Of a DNA stretch of 64,000 nt, positions 1-8,283 are shown piece after piece. The stretch covers positions 10,571 to 74,570 of the forward strand of contig DATAOC010000040.1 of assembly GCA_036265915.1 (NCBI GenBank), given 5' to 3'. The notes under the pieces were generated by a model, which did not search any database, was not told the DNA's origin, and was given only the letters and a program-made list of their open reading frames with translations. Numbering within the stretch: the first letter of the stretch is position 1; each line of letters begins with the position of its first letter. Source of the DNA: Candidatus Methylomirabilota bacterium. Lineage in GTDB: Bacteria > Methylomirabilota > Methylomirabilia > Rokubacteriales > CSP1-6. Position numbers and translations under genes: made by a program.

Positions 1-2
1 TT

Positions 3-680
3 CCGCCGATCACCGAGATCCTGACCGACCTCGCGGAGACGCAGCTGGCGGCGCGTTTCACGGGCCCGGCCCTCTTCGCGCTGCTCCTGTTCCTCATCAT
101 GGGCAGCTTCGCCTGCATCGAGACGCTGGTCGAGACGCTGCGGACGCGCGAGCTGAAGTTCCTCGGACAGATGCTCGCCGTCGAAGTGTTCGTGGTCTTC
201 TTCGAGGTGATGTTCCTCTACCGGGAGATGGTGGTGACCTTCGTGCCGTGGTTCGCCGAGCGACCCGCGATGACGATCGTTGCCGCCACCGGCGCCTTCG
301 TCGGTATCCGCGCGCTGACCTGGTTTCTGTTCGGGCAATACGGGACGGCGCCGCTGCTGTCATTCATCGCGCGCCGTCCACTGGTGCCGGGCGACGGCCG
401 TCCGGCGCCCACGGTGTCGGCGGCCGGCGCCGCCTGGTGGGAGGCGCCGCTGCATGACTTCAAGAACGAGATCGAGTGGCTGTACGCGAAGAGCGACCAG
501 CTCCTCGAATACCTCGCGCTGCCGGTCCTGCACGTCATGGCCGCCGCCGTGAACTTCGGGATGGTGCTCGTCGCGTCGCGCCCGGTGTTTCAGCTGCCGT
601 TCAAGCACCTCGAGGAGATTCCCGAGACCCGCACGATCCTCACCGGGCTGCACCTGCAGCCTCGCAAGTCGGCGATGTAG
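3..680 (+). CDS. Hypothetical membrane protein, 3'-partial view (the ORF enters from upstream of the window)
   Basis: Open frame from position 3 with no stop until 680. Strong GC3 codon bias. Hydrophobic segments. No family recognised. Confidence 0.5.
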   Translation, partial: PPITEILTDLAETQLAARFTGPALFALLLFLIMGSFACIETLVETLRTRELKFLGQMLAVEVFVVFFEVMFLYREMVVTFVPWFAERPAMTIVAATGAFVGIRALTWFLFGQYGTAPLLSFIARRPLVPGDGRPAPTVSAAGAAWWEAPLHDFKNEIEWLYAKSDQLLEYLALPVLHVMAAAVNFGMVLVASRPVFQLPFKHLEEIPETRTILTGLHLQPRKSAM

Positions 681-730
681 CGAAGCGGTGGCCGCCGCCC
701 GGTCGCATCGCACGCGATCGGGCGGCGCTG

Positions 731-1612
731 TCAGGGCGCGATGAACGCACGCACGATGCGCAGGAACTCCTCGAGCCGGTCGTGGTGCAGCCAGTGGCCG
801 GCACCGTCGAGACCCACCACCTTCGCCTGCCGGAAATGCGCGGCGCGGCCGTCCGCCGTCGGATCGCCGGCCCAGCTCTCCTTGCCGAAGAGCAGCAATG
901 TCGGGCAGTCGATCCGTCCCCACAGCCGCTCGATATCCCGACGCGACATGTCGTACGGCGGAAACGTCCGCACGTAGTTGTCGAACTTCCACGAGTAGGT
1001 GCCGTCCTCGTTCTGGTTGGCGCCGTGCACGGTCAGGTGGCGCGCCTGCTCGGCGCTGAGGTGCGGATTCTCCTCCTGCATGCGCCGGAATGCGTCCTCG
1101 ATGGTGGCGTAGCGCCGCGGCAGCCGTCCGGCGAGCCCTCGCTTCTCGCGAATCCACTCGTCCATCCGCTGCTCGATGGGCTTGCTCGCGCGCTCCGCGA
1201 GGCGGTCGGGCGAGGGGCCGAGGCCCTCGATGGCGACGACGCGCGCGACGGTGTCCGGATAGATGCCGGCGTAGCGCAGCGCGATGTTGCCGCCGAGCGA
1301 GTGGGCGACCAGCGTCGCCGGCGCCAGGCGCTGCTGGTGGATGAGCTGCGCGAGGTCGTACACGTAGGCGGCCATCTCGTAGTTGCCGTCGCCCGACCAC
1401 TGGCTGTCGCCGTGACCGCGCAGGTCCGGCGCCACCACGTGCCAGTCGTCGGCAAACGCCTCGGCCACCCAGTCCCAGTTGCGACAGTGATCGCGGCCCC
1501 CGTGGAGCAGCACGAGGGGCGGTGCTCCGGCGTTGCCCCAGTCGACGTAGTGCAGCCGCAGGCGCTGGGAAAAGAAGGTGTGCGAGGTGGGACCGGCGTT
1601 GCCGTCGGACAT
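731..1612 (-). CDS. Alpha/beta-fold hydrolase
   Basis: 293 aa. HGGRDHCRNWDWV..., APDLRGHGDS and HSLGG nucleophile elbow, typical of the alpha/beta hydrolase fold. Confidence 0.85.
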   Translation of the reverse strand: MSDGNAGPTSHTFFSQRLRLHYVDWGNAGAPPLVLLHGGRDHCRNWDWVAEAFADDWHVVAPDLRGHGDSQWSGDGNYEMAAYVYDLAQLIHQQRLAPATLVAHSLGGNIALRYAGIYPDTVARVVAIEGLGPSPDRLAERASKPIEQRMDEWIREKRGLAGRLPRRYATIEDAFRRMQEENPHLSAEQARHLTVHGANQNEDGTYSWKFDNYVRTFPPYDMSRRDIERLWGRIDCPTLLLFGKESWAGDPTADGRAAHFRQAKVVGLDGAGHWLHHDRLEEFLRIVRAFIAP

Positions 1613-1686
1613 GCGCCCACGGTAGCGAGCGCGGCCGCGAGCGTCAACGTCGACCGTCCCCGGCGACCGCGCTACAATGCGCGGCC

Positions 1687-2934
1687 ATGACGACGACGGT
1701 CTCCGAGCTCCGCGTCAACGGCGAGCGATTGTGGGACACCATCATGGCCTCCGCGCGCATCGGGCCGGGCCGGACGCCGACCGGATTGCGCCGCCTGGCG
1801 TTGACCGACGCCGATCGCGAGATGCGCGATCTCTTTGCACGCTGGTGTCGTGAGGCGGGCTGCGTGGTCACGGTGGACCGCATGGGCAACATGTTCGCGC
1901 GGCGTCCCGGCCGTGATGACACGATGCCGCCGGTGCTGGTCGGCAGCCATCTCGACACCCAGATCGCGGGCGGCCGCTACGACGGCATCCTCGGCGTCCT
2001 CGCCGCGCTGGAGGTCGTCCGAACGCTGAACGACGCCTCGGTGCAGACGCGGCGGCCCATCGAGATCGTCAACTGGACGAACGAAGAAGGAGCGCGCTTC
2101 CAGCCGCCGATGCTCGGCTCGGCTGTGTTCGCCGGCGTCCGCACGCTGGAGTGGGCTCACGCGCGGGCCGATGATGCGGGCCGCACGGTGGGCGAGGAGC
2201 TCGCGCGAATCGGCTACGCCGGCGCGGCGGCGGTCGGCGGCCGGCCGGTGGACGCGTACTTCGAGCTGCACATCGAGCAGGGCCCGCTGCTCGACGACAA
2301 GGGGGTGCCGGTGGGGGTGGTGGCCGGCACCTACGGTGTCCGCGGGCTGAACATCGAGGTGCGCGGAGAGACGGCGCACTCGGGACCGACGCCCATGGCC
2401 GCGCGCCGCAACGCGCTCGTCGGCGCGGCCATGCTCATCGTCGCCGTGAACGACATCGGCTGGTCATACGCGCCGGACGGCAAGGCGACGACCTCGCGCA
2501 TCGAGGTATGGCCGAACCTGGCCGGCATCCTGCCCGACTATGCGAAGGTCACCGTCGACGTCCGGCATCCGGAGGCGGCCACCGTGGACCGGATGCTCGC
2601 CGACGTGAAGCGCGCGATGGCCGACTGCGGGCAGCGCGCCCAGGTGGAGATGGCGATCGTCGAGGCGTGGCAGTTCGGCTCCGAGCGGTTCGACGCCGAG
2701 CTGGTGGACCTCATCCGGAACACGGCGGGCCGGCTCGGCACACCGTCGCTGGATCTGCCGAGCCAGGCCGGCCACGACGCGTACTACGTCTCGCGGGTGG
2801 CGCCGACCGCGATGATCTTCACGCCATGCGACGGCGGTATCTCGCACAACGAGCGGGAGAGCACGCGGCTGGCGGACGCGCTGCCCGGCGTCAACGTGCT
2901 GCTCCAGGCGGTGCTGGCGCGCGCCAACCGCTGA
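1687..2934 (+). CDS. Zn-dependent amidase of the M20 family, allantoate amidohydrolase / N-carbamoyl-L-amino-acid hydrolase type
   Basis: Translation from ATG 1687 (MTTTVSELRVNGERLWDT...) contains GSHLDTQ...GRYDGILGV and LIRNTAGRLG...GHDAYY, hallmarks of the AmaB/HyuC/AllC family. The longer ORF from 1522 has an Arg-rich junk N-terminus. Confidence 0.85.
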   Translation: MTTTVSELRVNGERLWDTIMASARIGPGRTPTGLRRLALTDADREMRDLFARWCREAGCVVTVDRMGNMFARRPGRDDTMPPVLVGSHLDTQIAGGRYDGILGVLAALEVVRTLNDASVQTRRPIEIVNWTNEEGARFQPPMLGSAVFAGVRTLEWAHARADDAGRTVGEELARIGYAGAAAVGGRPVDAYFELHIEQGPLLDDKGVPVGVVAGTYGVRGLNIEVRGETAHSGPTPMAARRNALVGAAMLIVAVNDIGWSYAPDGKATTSRIEVWPNLAGILPDYAKVTVDVRHPEAATVDRMLADVKRAMADCGQRAQVEMAIVEAWQFGSERFDAELVDLIRNTAGRLGTPSLDLPSQAGHDAYYVSRVAPTAMIFTPCDGGISHNERESTRLADALPGVNVLLQAVLARANR

Positions 2935-2948
2935 CGCGCGAGCGCTGG

Positions 2949-3350
2949 CTAGAGCCGCTCGCGCTGCTCGACGAGCTTCCAGTACGTGTCCTTGTTGAGG
3001 ATCTTGTCGCCGCGGAACTCGTAGAGATCGCAGCCCCGGTAGTCGAGCCGCTCGCCGTCGGCGCCGGTGCCGGTGACCATCCATACGGTCACCGCCCGCG
3101 ATCCCGCGATGAACTGGTCGACGTGATCCCAGCGCATGTCGGTGATGACCTTGAAGCGGTCGGCGAGGACCTTGCGCACGGCCGCCTTGCCGTGCACGCG
3201 CCGGCCGACGGGCTCCGGGCCGCGCGCCATCAGGAACGTGCAGTCCTCGGCGAAGAACGACATGATGCGATCGACGTCGCGACTGTTGAATGCGGCATTG
3301 ATGGCCTTGAGCAGCTCCGGGGTCGGTCCGGCGGCGACCTGTGTCGTCAT
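2949..3350 (-). CDS. SnoaL / NTF2-like small protein (ketosteroid-isomerase-like fold)
   Basis: 133 aa: MTTQVAAGPTPELLKAINAAFNSRDVDRIMSFFAEDCTF... Only the last 133 codons of the 869-aa ORF 2949..5558 look coding. ATG at 3350..3348. Confidence 0.7.
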   Translation of the reverse strand: MTTQVAAGPTPELLKAINAAFNSRDVDRIMSFFAEDCTFLMARGPEPVGRRVHGKAAVRKVLADRFKVITDMRWDHVDQFIAGSRAVTVWMVTGTGADGERLDYRGCDLYEFRGDKILNKDTYWKLVEQRERL

Positions 3351-3443
3351 GAGCGCCTCCTTCGGCGCTCGCAGCCTACACGGCGCGCGGCGCAGCGGAC
3401 AAGCGGTTGACACGCCGCGGGGAGCCTCCCATACTGCGGCCCC

Positions 3444-3881
3444 GTGAACAAGACCCACATCAGCCACACCAAGGATCGCGGCCGCGGTATCGATGCGCTG
3501 AAGGGCACGAGCGTGCCCGCGGTCTTCTGCGATGTCGTGAAGGTGCAGCTCAAGGAGTGCGTGATGCTGTTCGTGTCGGGCAAGCTCGGCACCAAGCCCG
3601 ACGGAACGCTGGCCGGCCGGACGATGCGCGAGCAGACGCAGCAGCTGCTGGAGAACATTCGGGAGGCGCTCCGGCACGAGGGCGCGACCATGGACGACAT
3701 CGTCCGCGTCCGCGTCTACGCCACGCAGGTGGACGCCGCCTCGCTGCGCGACATCCACGAGGTCCGCTCCACGTTCTGGTCGGAGGGAAAGTACCCGGCG
3801 AGCACGCTCGTGCGTGTCTCGCAGCTCATCCGCGACGGCGCCCTGATCGAGATCGACGCCGACGCCATCGTGGCCTCCTGA
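3444..3881 (+). CDS. RidA / YjgF / endoribonuclease L-PSP family protein
   Basis: 145 aa with the typical RidA core ...VRVRVYATQVDAASL...EIDAIA. Confidence 0.8.
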   Translation: MNKTHISHTKDRGRGIDALKGTSVPAVFCDVVKVQLKECVMLFVSGKLGTKPDGTLAGRTMREQTQQLLENIREALRHEGATMDDIVRVRVYATQVDAASLRDIHEVRSTFWSEGKYPASTLVRVSQLIRDGALIEIDADAIVAS

Positions 3882-3917
3882 GGCCAGCCGCGGCCGCGTA
3901 ACGGCCGCGCGCGACCC

Positions 3918-4886
3918 ATGGCGCGCATCCTCGTCACCGGCGCCGCCGGATTCGTCGCGGTCAACATCGCCCGCGCTCTGGCCGCGCGCGGTCATCACGT
4001 CGTCGGCTTCGATCATCGCGCCGCCGACGAGGCTGCCCGCGCCCACGCGGGCGCCAGCGTGGGCTGGCTGATCGGCGACGTGCGTGACGGTCCCGCTCTC
4101 GCGCGCGCCATCAAGACGCACGCGATCGACGTGCTGGTGCACGCGGCGGCGGTCACCGCCACCACGCCGGAGTGGGAGCGCGAGCGCGCCGCCGACGTCA
4201 TCGGCGTGAACGTGCTCGGCACGATCGCCGCGCTGGAAGCCGCTCACGCGGCCGGGGTAGGACGCATCATCGTGCTCAGCTCGGCGAGCGCGGTCGGTCG
4301 CCGCGATCCGGGCGAGCCGTTCATCCCGGAGGGCGCAGCCGCGGCGCCCGGCGACCTGTACGGCATCTCCAAGCGCGCGCTCGAGATGGTGGCCAACCGG
4401 CTGGCCGAGCTGTACGCCGCCCACGTCGTGCTCGTGCGCCTGTCCCAGCCGTATGGACCGCTGGAGCGGCCGACGCCCGACCGCGCGGCGCTGTCGCCCA
4501 TCACCGACTGGATGACGGCGGCCCACGAGGGGCGATTCCTCACCACCCCGAGCCTCGAGCTCGCCAAGGACTGGATCTACATCGACGACGTCGGCGAGGC
4601 GTTCGTCCGGCTCGCGGAGGCCGGCGAGCTGCGGCACACGCTCTACAATCTCGGTCTCGGCGAGAACGTCACCGTGCGCGCGGTGATGGACGAGATCCGT
4701 CGCGCGTGGCCCCGCATCGAGGTGAGCGTCATGCCGAACTGGCGGCCGAATCCCAATCTCGCCGAGGATCGTCTGCGGCCGCCGCTCGAGATGACGCGCC
4801 TGGCGGCCGACGTCGGCTTCCGTCCTCGCCACACGATCGCCGACGGAATTGCCCGCTACGCGGAGTGGCTGCGCGGCGGGCGCTAG
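3918..4886 (+). CDS. NAD-dependent epimerase/dehydratase (SDR, extended type)
   Basis: MARILVTGAAGFVA Rossmann motif. YGISK catalytic YxxxK. Confidence 0.85.
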   Translation: MARILVTGAAGFVAVNIARALAARGHHVVGFDHRAADEAARAHAGASVGWLIGDVRDGPALARAIKTHAIDVLVHAAAVTATTPEWERERAADVIGVNVLGTIAALEAAHAAGVGRIIVLSSASAVGRRDPGEPFIPEGAAAAPGDLYGISKRALEMVANRLAELYAAHVVLVRLSQPYGPLERPTPDRAALSPITDWMTAAHEGRFLTTPSLELAKDWIYIDDVGEAFVRLAEAGELRHTLYNLGLGENVTVRAVMDEIRRAWPRIEVSVMPNWRPNPNLAEDRLRPPLEMTRLAADVGFRPRHTIADGIARYAEWLRGGR

Positions 4887-5614
4887 GCGCGCGCGAACAG
4901 CCGTCCGAAGCCGTGGATGGGCTCGCGAGCGGCGAGGACGCGCAGTGCCGACCAGATCGTCGCCTGGTTCGAGGTCACGACCGGCTTGCCCGTCCGCCGC
5001 TCCAGCGCGTCGATGGCCTCGACGGCGCGCCACGCGGTGCATGAGCACAGCAGCGCGTCGGCGTCCGGCCGGCACGCGCGCGCCGCGAAGTCGACCACCG
5101 ACTCCGGGGTCTGGTCGTTGATACCCTGGTTGCCCGAAGCCGCCGCCTCCGGATCGCCGTCGACGTTGAGCACCTCGAAGCCGGAGGCCTCGAGATACGC
5201 GCGCAGCCGCCGGTTGTTCCAGTCGGGGTACGGCGTCGCCACCGACAGGCGTCGCGCGCCGAGCGTCCGCAGGGCATCGACCACCGAGGGCGTGGTCGCC
5301 ACCGCCGGCACACCCGCCTCTCGCGCGATCAGCGCCAGCATGTCCCGATCCCAGCCGGGACCCTTGTAGAACGAGCCGGTCGTGCATCCGTAGGCGATCA
5401 CGTCGACGCGCGCGGTGGCCAGGTAGCGCGCGCCTGACTCGATCTCGTCGTTCATGCGCTTGTAGGCGTCGTCGCCGTTGGCGTCGTTGGTCATCCACAG
5501 CCGCTGGCCGTGCACGGTCACGCCGCGCGGCACGACGAGATTGAAGTCCGCCTCGCACGTGGTGTTGGTGGAGGGCACCATCACGCCAATGCGTCGCCGC
5601 ACGCCGGAAGCCAT
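4883..5614 (-). CDS. Asp/Glu/hydantoin racemase superfamily protein (maleate isomerase / arylmalonate decarboxylase-like)
   Basis: 243 aa. RIGVMVPSTNTTCE...YGCTTGSF...LCSCTAWRAVE, the two-Cys architecture of this family. Confidence 0.75.
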   Translation of the reverse strand: MASGVRRRIGVMVPSTNTTCEADFNLVVPRGVTVHGQRLWMTNDANGDDAYKRMNDEIESGARYLATARVDVIAYGCTTGSFYKGPGWDRDMLALIAREAGVPAVATTPSVVDALRTLGARRLSVATPYPDWNNRRLRAYLEASGFEVLNVDGDPEAAASGNQGINDQTPESVVDFAARACRPDADALLCSCTAWRAVEAIDALERRTGKPVVTSNQATIWSALRVLAAREPIHGFGRLFARA

Positions 5615-5635
5615 GCGGGGATTATACGCGCGCGC

Positions 5636-6106
5636 TCAGTCCTGGAAGCCGACGAGCCGCCAGGCGTCGCCGAGACGGCGCGCCACCTCGGGCTCGCCCT
5701 GCCACGAGAGCACCGTGACCCAGCCGAGCAGCGGAAGACGCCCCGTCACCTCGCCGGTCGTGTAAACCCATGCTGCGCCGTCGACGACCTCGACGCGGTC
5801 CACCCGGACGCTCGCCCGCAGCGCCTCGTACAGCGAGTACAGCGTGACCAGGTGCTGACGCACGTCGGGCTTGGTGATACCGCCGCTGCGGTAGTTGTCG
5901 GCGAGGTACGCGAGCACACCGCCGCTGTCGCGGGCGACGAAACGTCGGCGCGCGTCCTCCACCAGCGCGCGCAGCTCTTCGGTGGTGCTCGCGGAGGCCG
6001 GCGTCGCGACGCGCGGCGTGCTGGGGCTGGCGAGCCCGGCCGGCGGCGCCACCAGCACGGCGAGCACGGCGAAGGCAGCGACGGCGAGCGCGGCGGATCG
6101 TCTCAT
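5636..6106 (-). CDS. Secreted NTF2/SnoaL-like (DUF4440-like) protein
   Basis: N-terminal signal peptide (MRRSAALAVAAFAVLAVLVAPPAG) followed by a small alpha+beta domain. GC3 bias. Confidence 0.55.
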   Translation of the reverse strand: MRRSAALAVAAFAVLAVLVAPPAGLASPSTPRVATPASASTTEELRALVEDARRRFVARDSGGVLAYLADNYRSGGITKPDVRQHLVTLYSLYEALRASVRVDRVEVVDGAAWVYTTGEVTGRLPLLGWVTVLSWQGEPEVARRLGDAWRLVGFQD

Positions 6107-6141
6107 GGGGTTCAGTGTACGGCAGCCGCCGAGGCGAGCGA

Positions 6142-7335
6142 TCAGACGACGCGGGCGCGGCGCAGCTGCTCGATGTCGGCCGGCGTGTAGCCGGCCTCGG
6201 CGAGGATCTCGTCGGTGTGCTCACCGAGCGTGGGCGGCTCGCGGTCGATGCTCGGGCTGCCGTGGGCCAGGCGGAAGCCCGCGCCCACGAGCCGGAGCCG
6301 TCCGTAGCGCGTGTCGACGTCCTGGAGCACGTCCCGTGACTCGAGCTGCGGATGCTTCACGATCTCGTCGATCTTCCACACCGTGGCGCACGGCACGTCG
6401 GCGGCCGTGAGGCGCGCCTCCCACGACTTCGGCTCGTCCTTCGCGAGGGCGGCCTCGATGACCTCGCGCAGGGCCGGCTCGTTGTCGGTGCGCGCCCGCC
6501 AGTCCTTGAAGCGCGGGTCGTCGAGGGCGTCGGCGCGGCCGATGGTCCGCATCAGGCTCGCGAACTGCTTCTCGGTGAGCACGGCGAGGACGAGGTAGCC
6601 GCTGCCGGCGCGGAAGCGGTTGGCGGTCGGCTTGCGGCTCACGGAGCCGTTGCCGATCTGCTTCTGCTCGATCCCGGCCACCGTGTACTCGGACACGGGG
6701 CCGGGAATGAACGCCAGCGCGGCGTCGAGCATGGCCACGTCGACGAACTGACCCCGGCCCGTATGCGTGCGCTGGTAGAGCGCGCTGGCGACCGCGAGGG
6801 CGGCCGTGACGCCGCCGATGGTGTCGCAGATGGCGAAGCCCGCGCGCATCGGGCCGCCCGACGGCTCGCCGGTGATCGACATGATGCCCGACATCGCCTG
6901 CAGCTTGCCGTCGAAGGCGGCCGTCGTCCGTTCGGGGCCCGTGTGGCCGAAGCCGGATACGGAACAGTAGATCAGGCGCGGATTGACGGCGGCGAGCGCG
7001 TCGTAGCCGAGCCCGAGCCGGTCCATGACGCCCGGACGGAAGTTCTCCCACACGACGTCGGCGGTCGGCACCAGGCGCTTGACGACCTCCACCGCTGCCG
7101 GCTGCCGCAGATCGAGCGTGATGCTGCGCTTGTTCGCGTTGACGGCCAGGAACGACGACGCCATCTTGCGCTCCGCCCACTCCTTGCTGATCAGCAGGTG
7201 GCGCGACTCGTCGCCCTCGTGTGATTCGATCTTGACGACGTCGGCACCGAGAAGAGCGAGCTGGTACGTCCCGTAGGGACCGGCGAGATAGCGCGTGAAG
7301 TCGAGGATGCGGACGCCCGCGAACGGCTTGCTCAT
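6142..7335 (-). CDS. Family III CoA-transferase (CaiB/BaiF type)
   Basis: MSKPFAGVRILDFTRYLAGPYGT...DVVKIES N-terminal signature and ...CSVSGFGHTGP. Its ATG (7335..7333) overlaps the upstream gene's TGA (ATGA). Confidence 0.9.
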   Translation of the reverse strand: MSKPFAGVRILDFTRYLAGPYGTYQLALLGADVVKIESHEGDESRHLLISKEWAERKMASSFLAVNANKRSITLDLRQPAAVEVVKRLVPTADVVWENFRPGVMDRLGLGYDALAAVNPRLIYCSVSGFGHTGPERTTAAFDGKLQAMSGIMSITGEPSGGPMRAGFAICDTIGGVTAALAVASALYQRTHTGRGQFVDVAMLDAALAFIPGPVSEYTVAGIEQKQIGNGSVSRKPTANRFRAGSGYLVLAVLTEKQFASLMRTIGRADALDDPRFKDWRARTDNEPALREVIEAALAKDEPKSWEARLTAADVPCATVWKIDEIVKHPQLESRDVLQDVDTRYGRLRLVGAGFRLAHGSPSIDREPPTLGEHTDEILAEAGYTPADIEQLRRARVV

Positions 7336-8237
7336 GCCTGCTCGCGCTTGGCCCTGGCCACGGCCTTGATGTCATCGAACTCGCGGCGCCGCTCAGCGAT
7401 CTGCTCGGGCGTCATGCGATCGAGGTTCGAGAAGTCGAGCTTCCAGGCCGCGTCGTCATGCCAGCGCAGCGACGACTGCACCGTCGTGCGCGCGGCCGGT
7501 GCGCTCTCCAGCACCCGCAACGCCAGCTCCAGCGTGAACGCCTGCGACGGCCGGTCGAATGGCCGTCCGGCAGAGTTGCCGAGCGGGAAGTCGCTGAAGA
7601 GGAAGCGCGGCACCCCGCAGTACTCGACGATGTCCTTGGCGCAGCCCATGATGACCGTCGGCACGCCGTTCGCCTCCAGGTGTCGCGCGACCAGACTGAC
7701 CGTCTGGTGGCAGACGGGTCAGGTCGGGACGAGGAGAGCGGCATCGGCGCCATCCTCCCGGCACCGCTCCAGCAGGCTCGGCGCGTCGACCTCCATGGTC
7801 ACGCGCTGGCTGCGATTCGTGGGGGCGCCGTGCAGCCGCGGCGTGAGCGCGCCCAGGCGGCCGCGCTTGACCGCCTGCTGCAGCTCCGCCAGCGGCAGCC
7901 ACGTGTTCGGATCCTCGGCCGTCGTGTGCACGCGATCGTAGCCGACGTGCGAGATACGCAGGTCCGGGATGGTCTCGGTGGACTCCGAGTAGACCTTGTA
8001 GAACTTGGCGGCGGCGTTGTACGGCGCGCCTGGGCCCTGCTCGCCGGCGCCCGGCTGAAAGGGCGCCGCGGTGGTGATCAGCGCGAGCCGCGCCTCGGCG
8101 AGTGGCCGACGCAGCGGCGAAAACGGCACGTCGTCGAAATGCGCCCAGCGATAGGCGCCGTACCCGAGCCGCAGATAGTAGTCGCGCGTGCGCTGCATGT
8201 ACGGAATCGGCACGTCATGCTCGGCAGCGAACGCCAT
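7332..8237 (-). CDS. GrdB/PrdB-like reductase (glycine/sarcosine/betaine/D-proline reductase selenoprotein-B family). Candidate selenoprotein with an in-frame TGA at 7719..7721 read as Sec
   Basis: ORFs 7719..8546 and 7332..7664 are in the same frame and are separated only by TGA. SD AAGGAGG lies 5 nt before ATG 8237. The downstream piece has no start or SD (the listed 'M' is GTG). GC3 bias is continuous across the TGA. Read-through gives ...ALLVPT-U-PVCHQTV... (UxxC). A stem-loop sits 11 nt after the UGA. The family call is from memory. Confidence 0.6.
7690..7708 (-). ncRNA. Putative bacterial SECIS-like stem-loop (mRNA element) for the TGA at 7719..7721
   Basis: Minus-strand RNA ACCAGAC-GGUCA-GUCUGGU: 7-bp stem, 5-nt loop containing G and U, beginning 11 nt 3' of the UGA. 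An alternative mutually exclusive hairpin is CCGUCUG-CCAC-CAGACGG. Confidence 0.45.
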
Positions 8238-8283
8238 CGGCGCCTCCTTGTACCAGGCGATGGTACACCAGGCGCCGGAACGG

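Noticed and set aside
360-1690. Long ORFs 360..1400 (-) and 476..1690 (+) overlapping the alpha/beta-hydrolase gene
   Set aside because: Arg/Pro-rich junk translations with no GC3 pattern. The alpha/beta-hydrolase frame (731..1612) carries the recognisable motifs.
2949-5558. 869-aa ORF on the minus strand, the longest in the first 6 kb
   Set aside because: Only the last 133 codons (2949..3350, SnoaL-like, starting at a clear ATG) look like protein. The remainder is Arg/Ala/Gly-rich low-complexity sequence antisense to three well-supported plus-strand genes (RidA, epimerase) and a minus-strand racemase-family gene in another frame. It is a typical high-GC artefact.
7719-7721. TGA at 7719 interpreted as an ordinary stop (split gene or pseudogene) rather than Sec
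   Set aside because: Considered and not fully excluded. It is disfavoured because the downstream 111 codons are in the same frame with continuous coding bias, there is no SD or start for them, a UxxC motif is created, and a correctly spaced hairpin follows. The same logic applies to the TGA at 11337.
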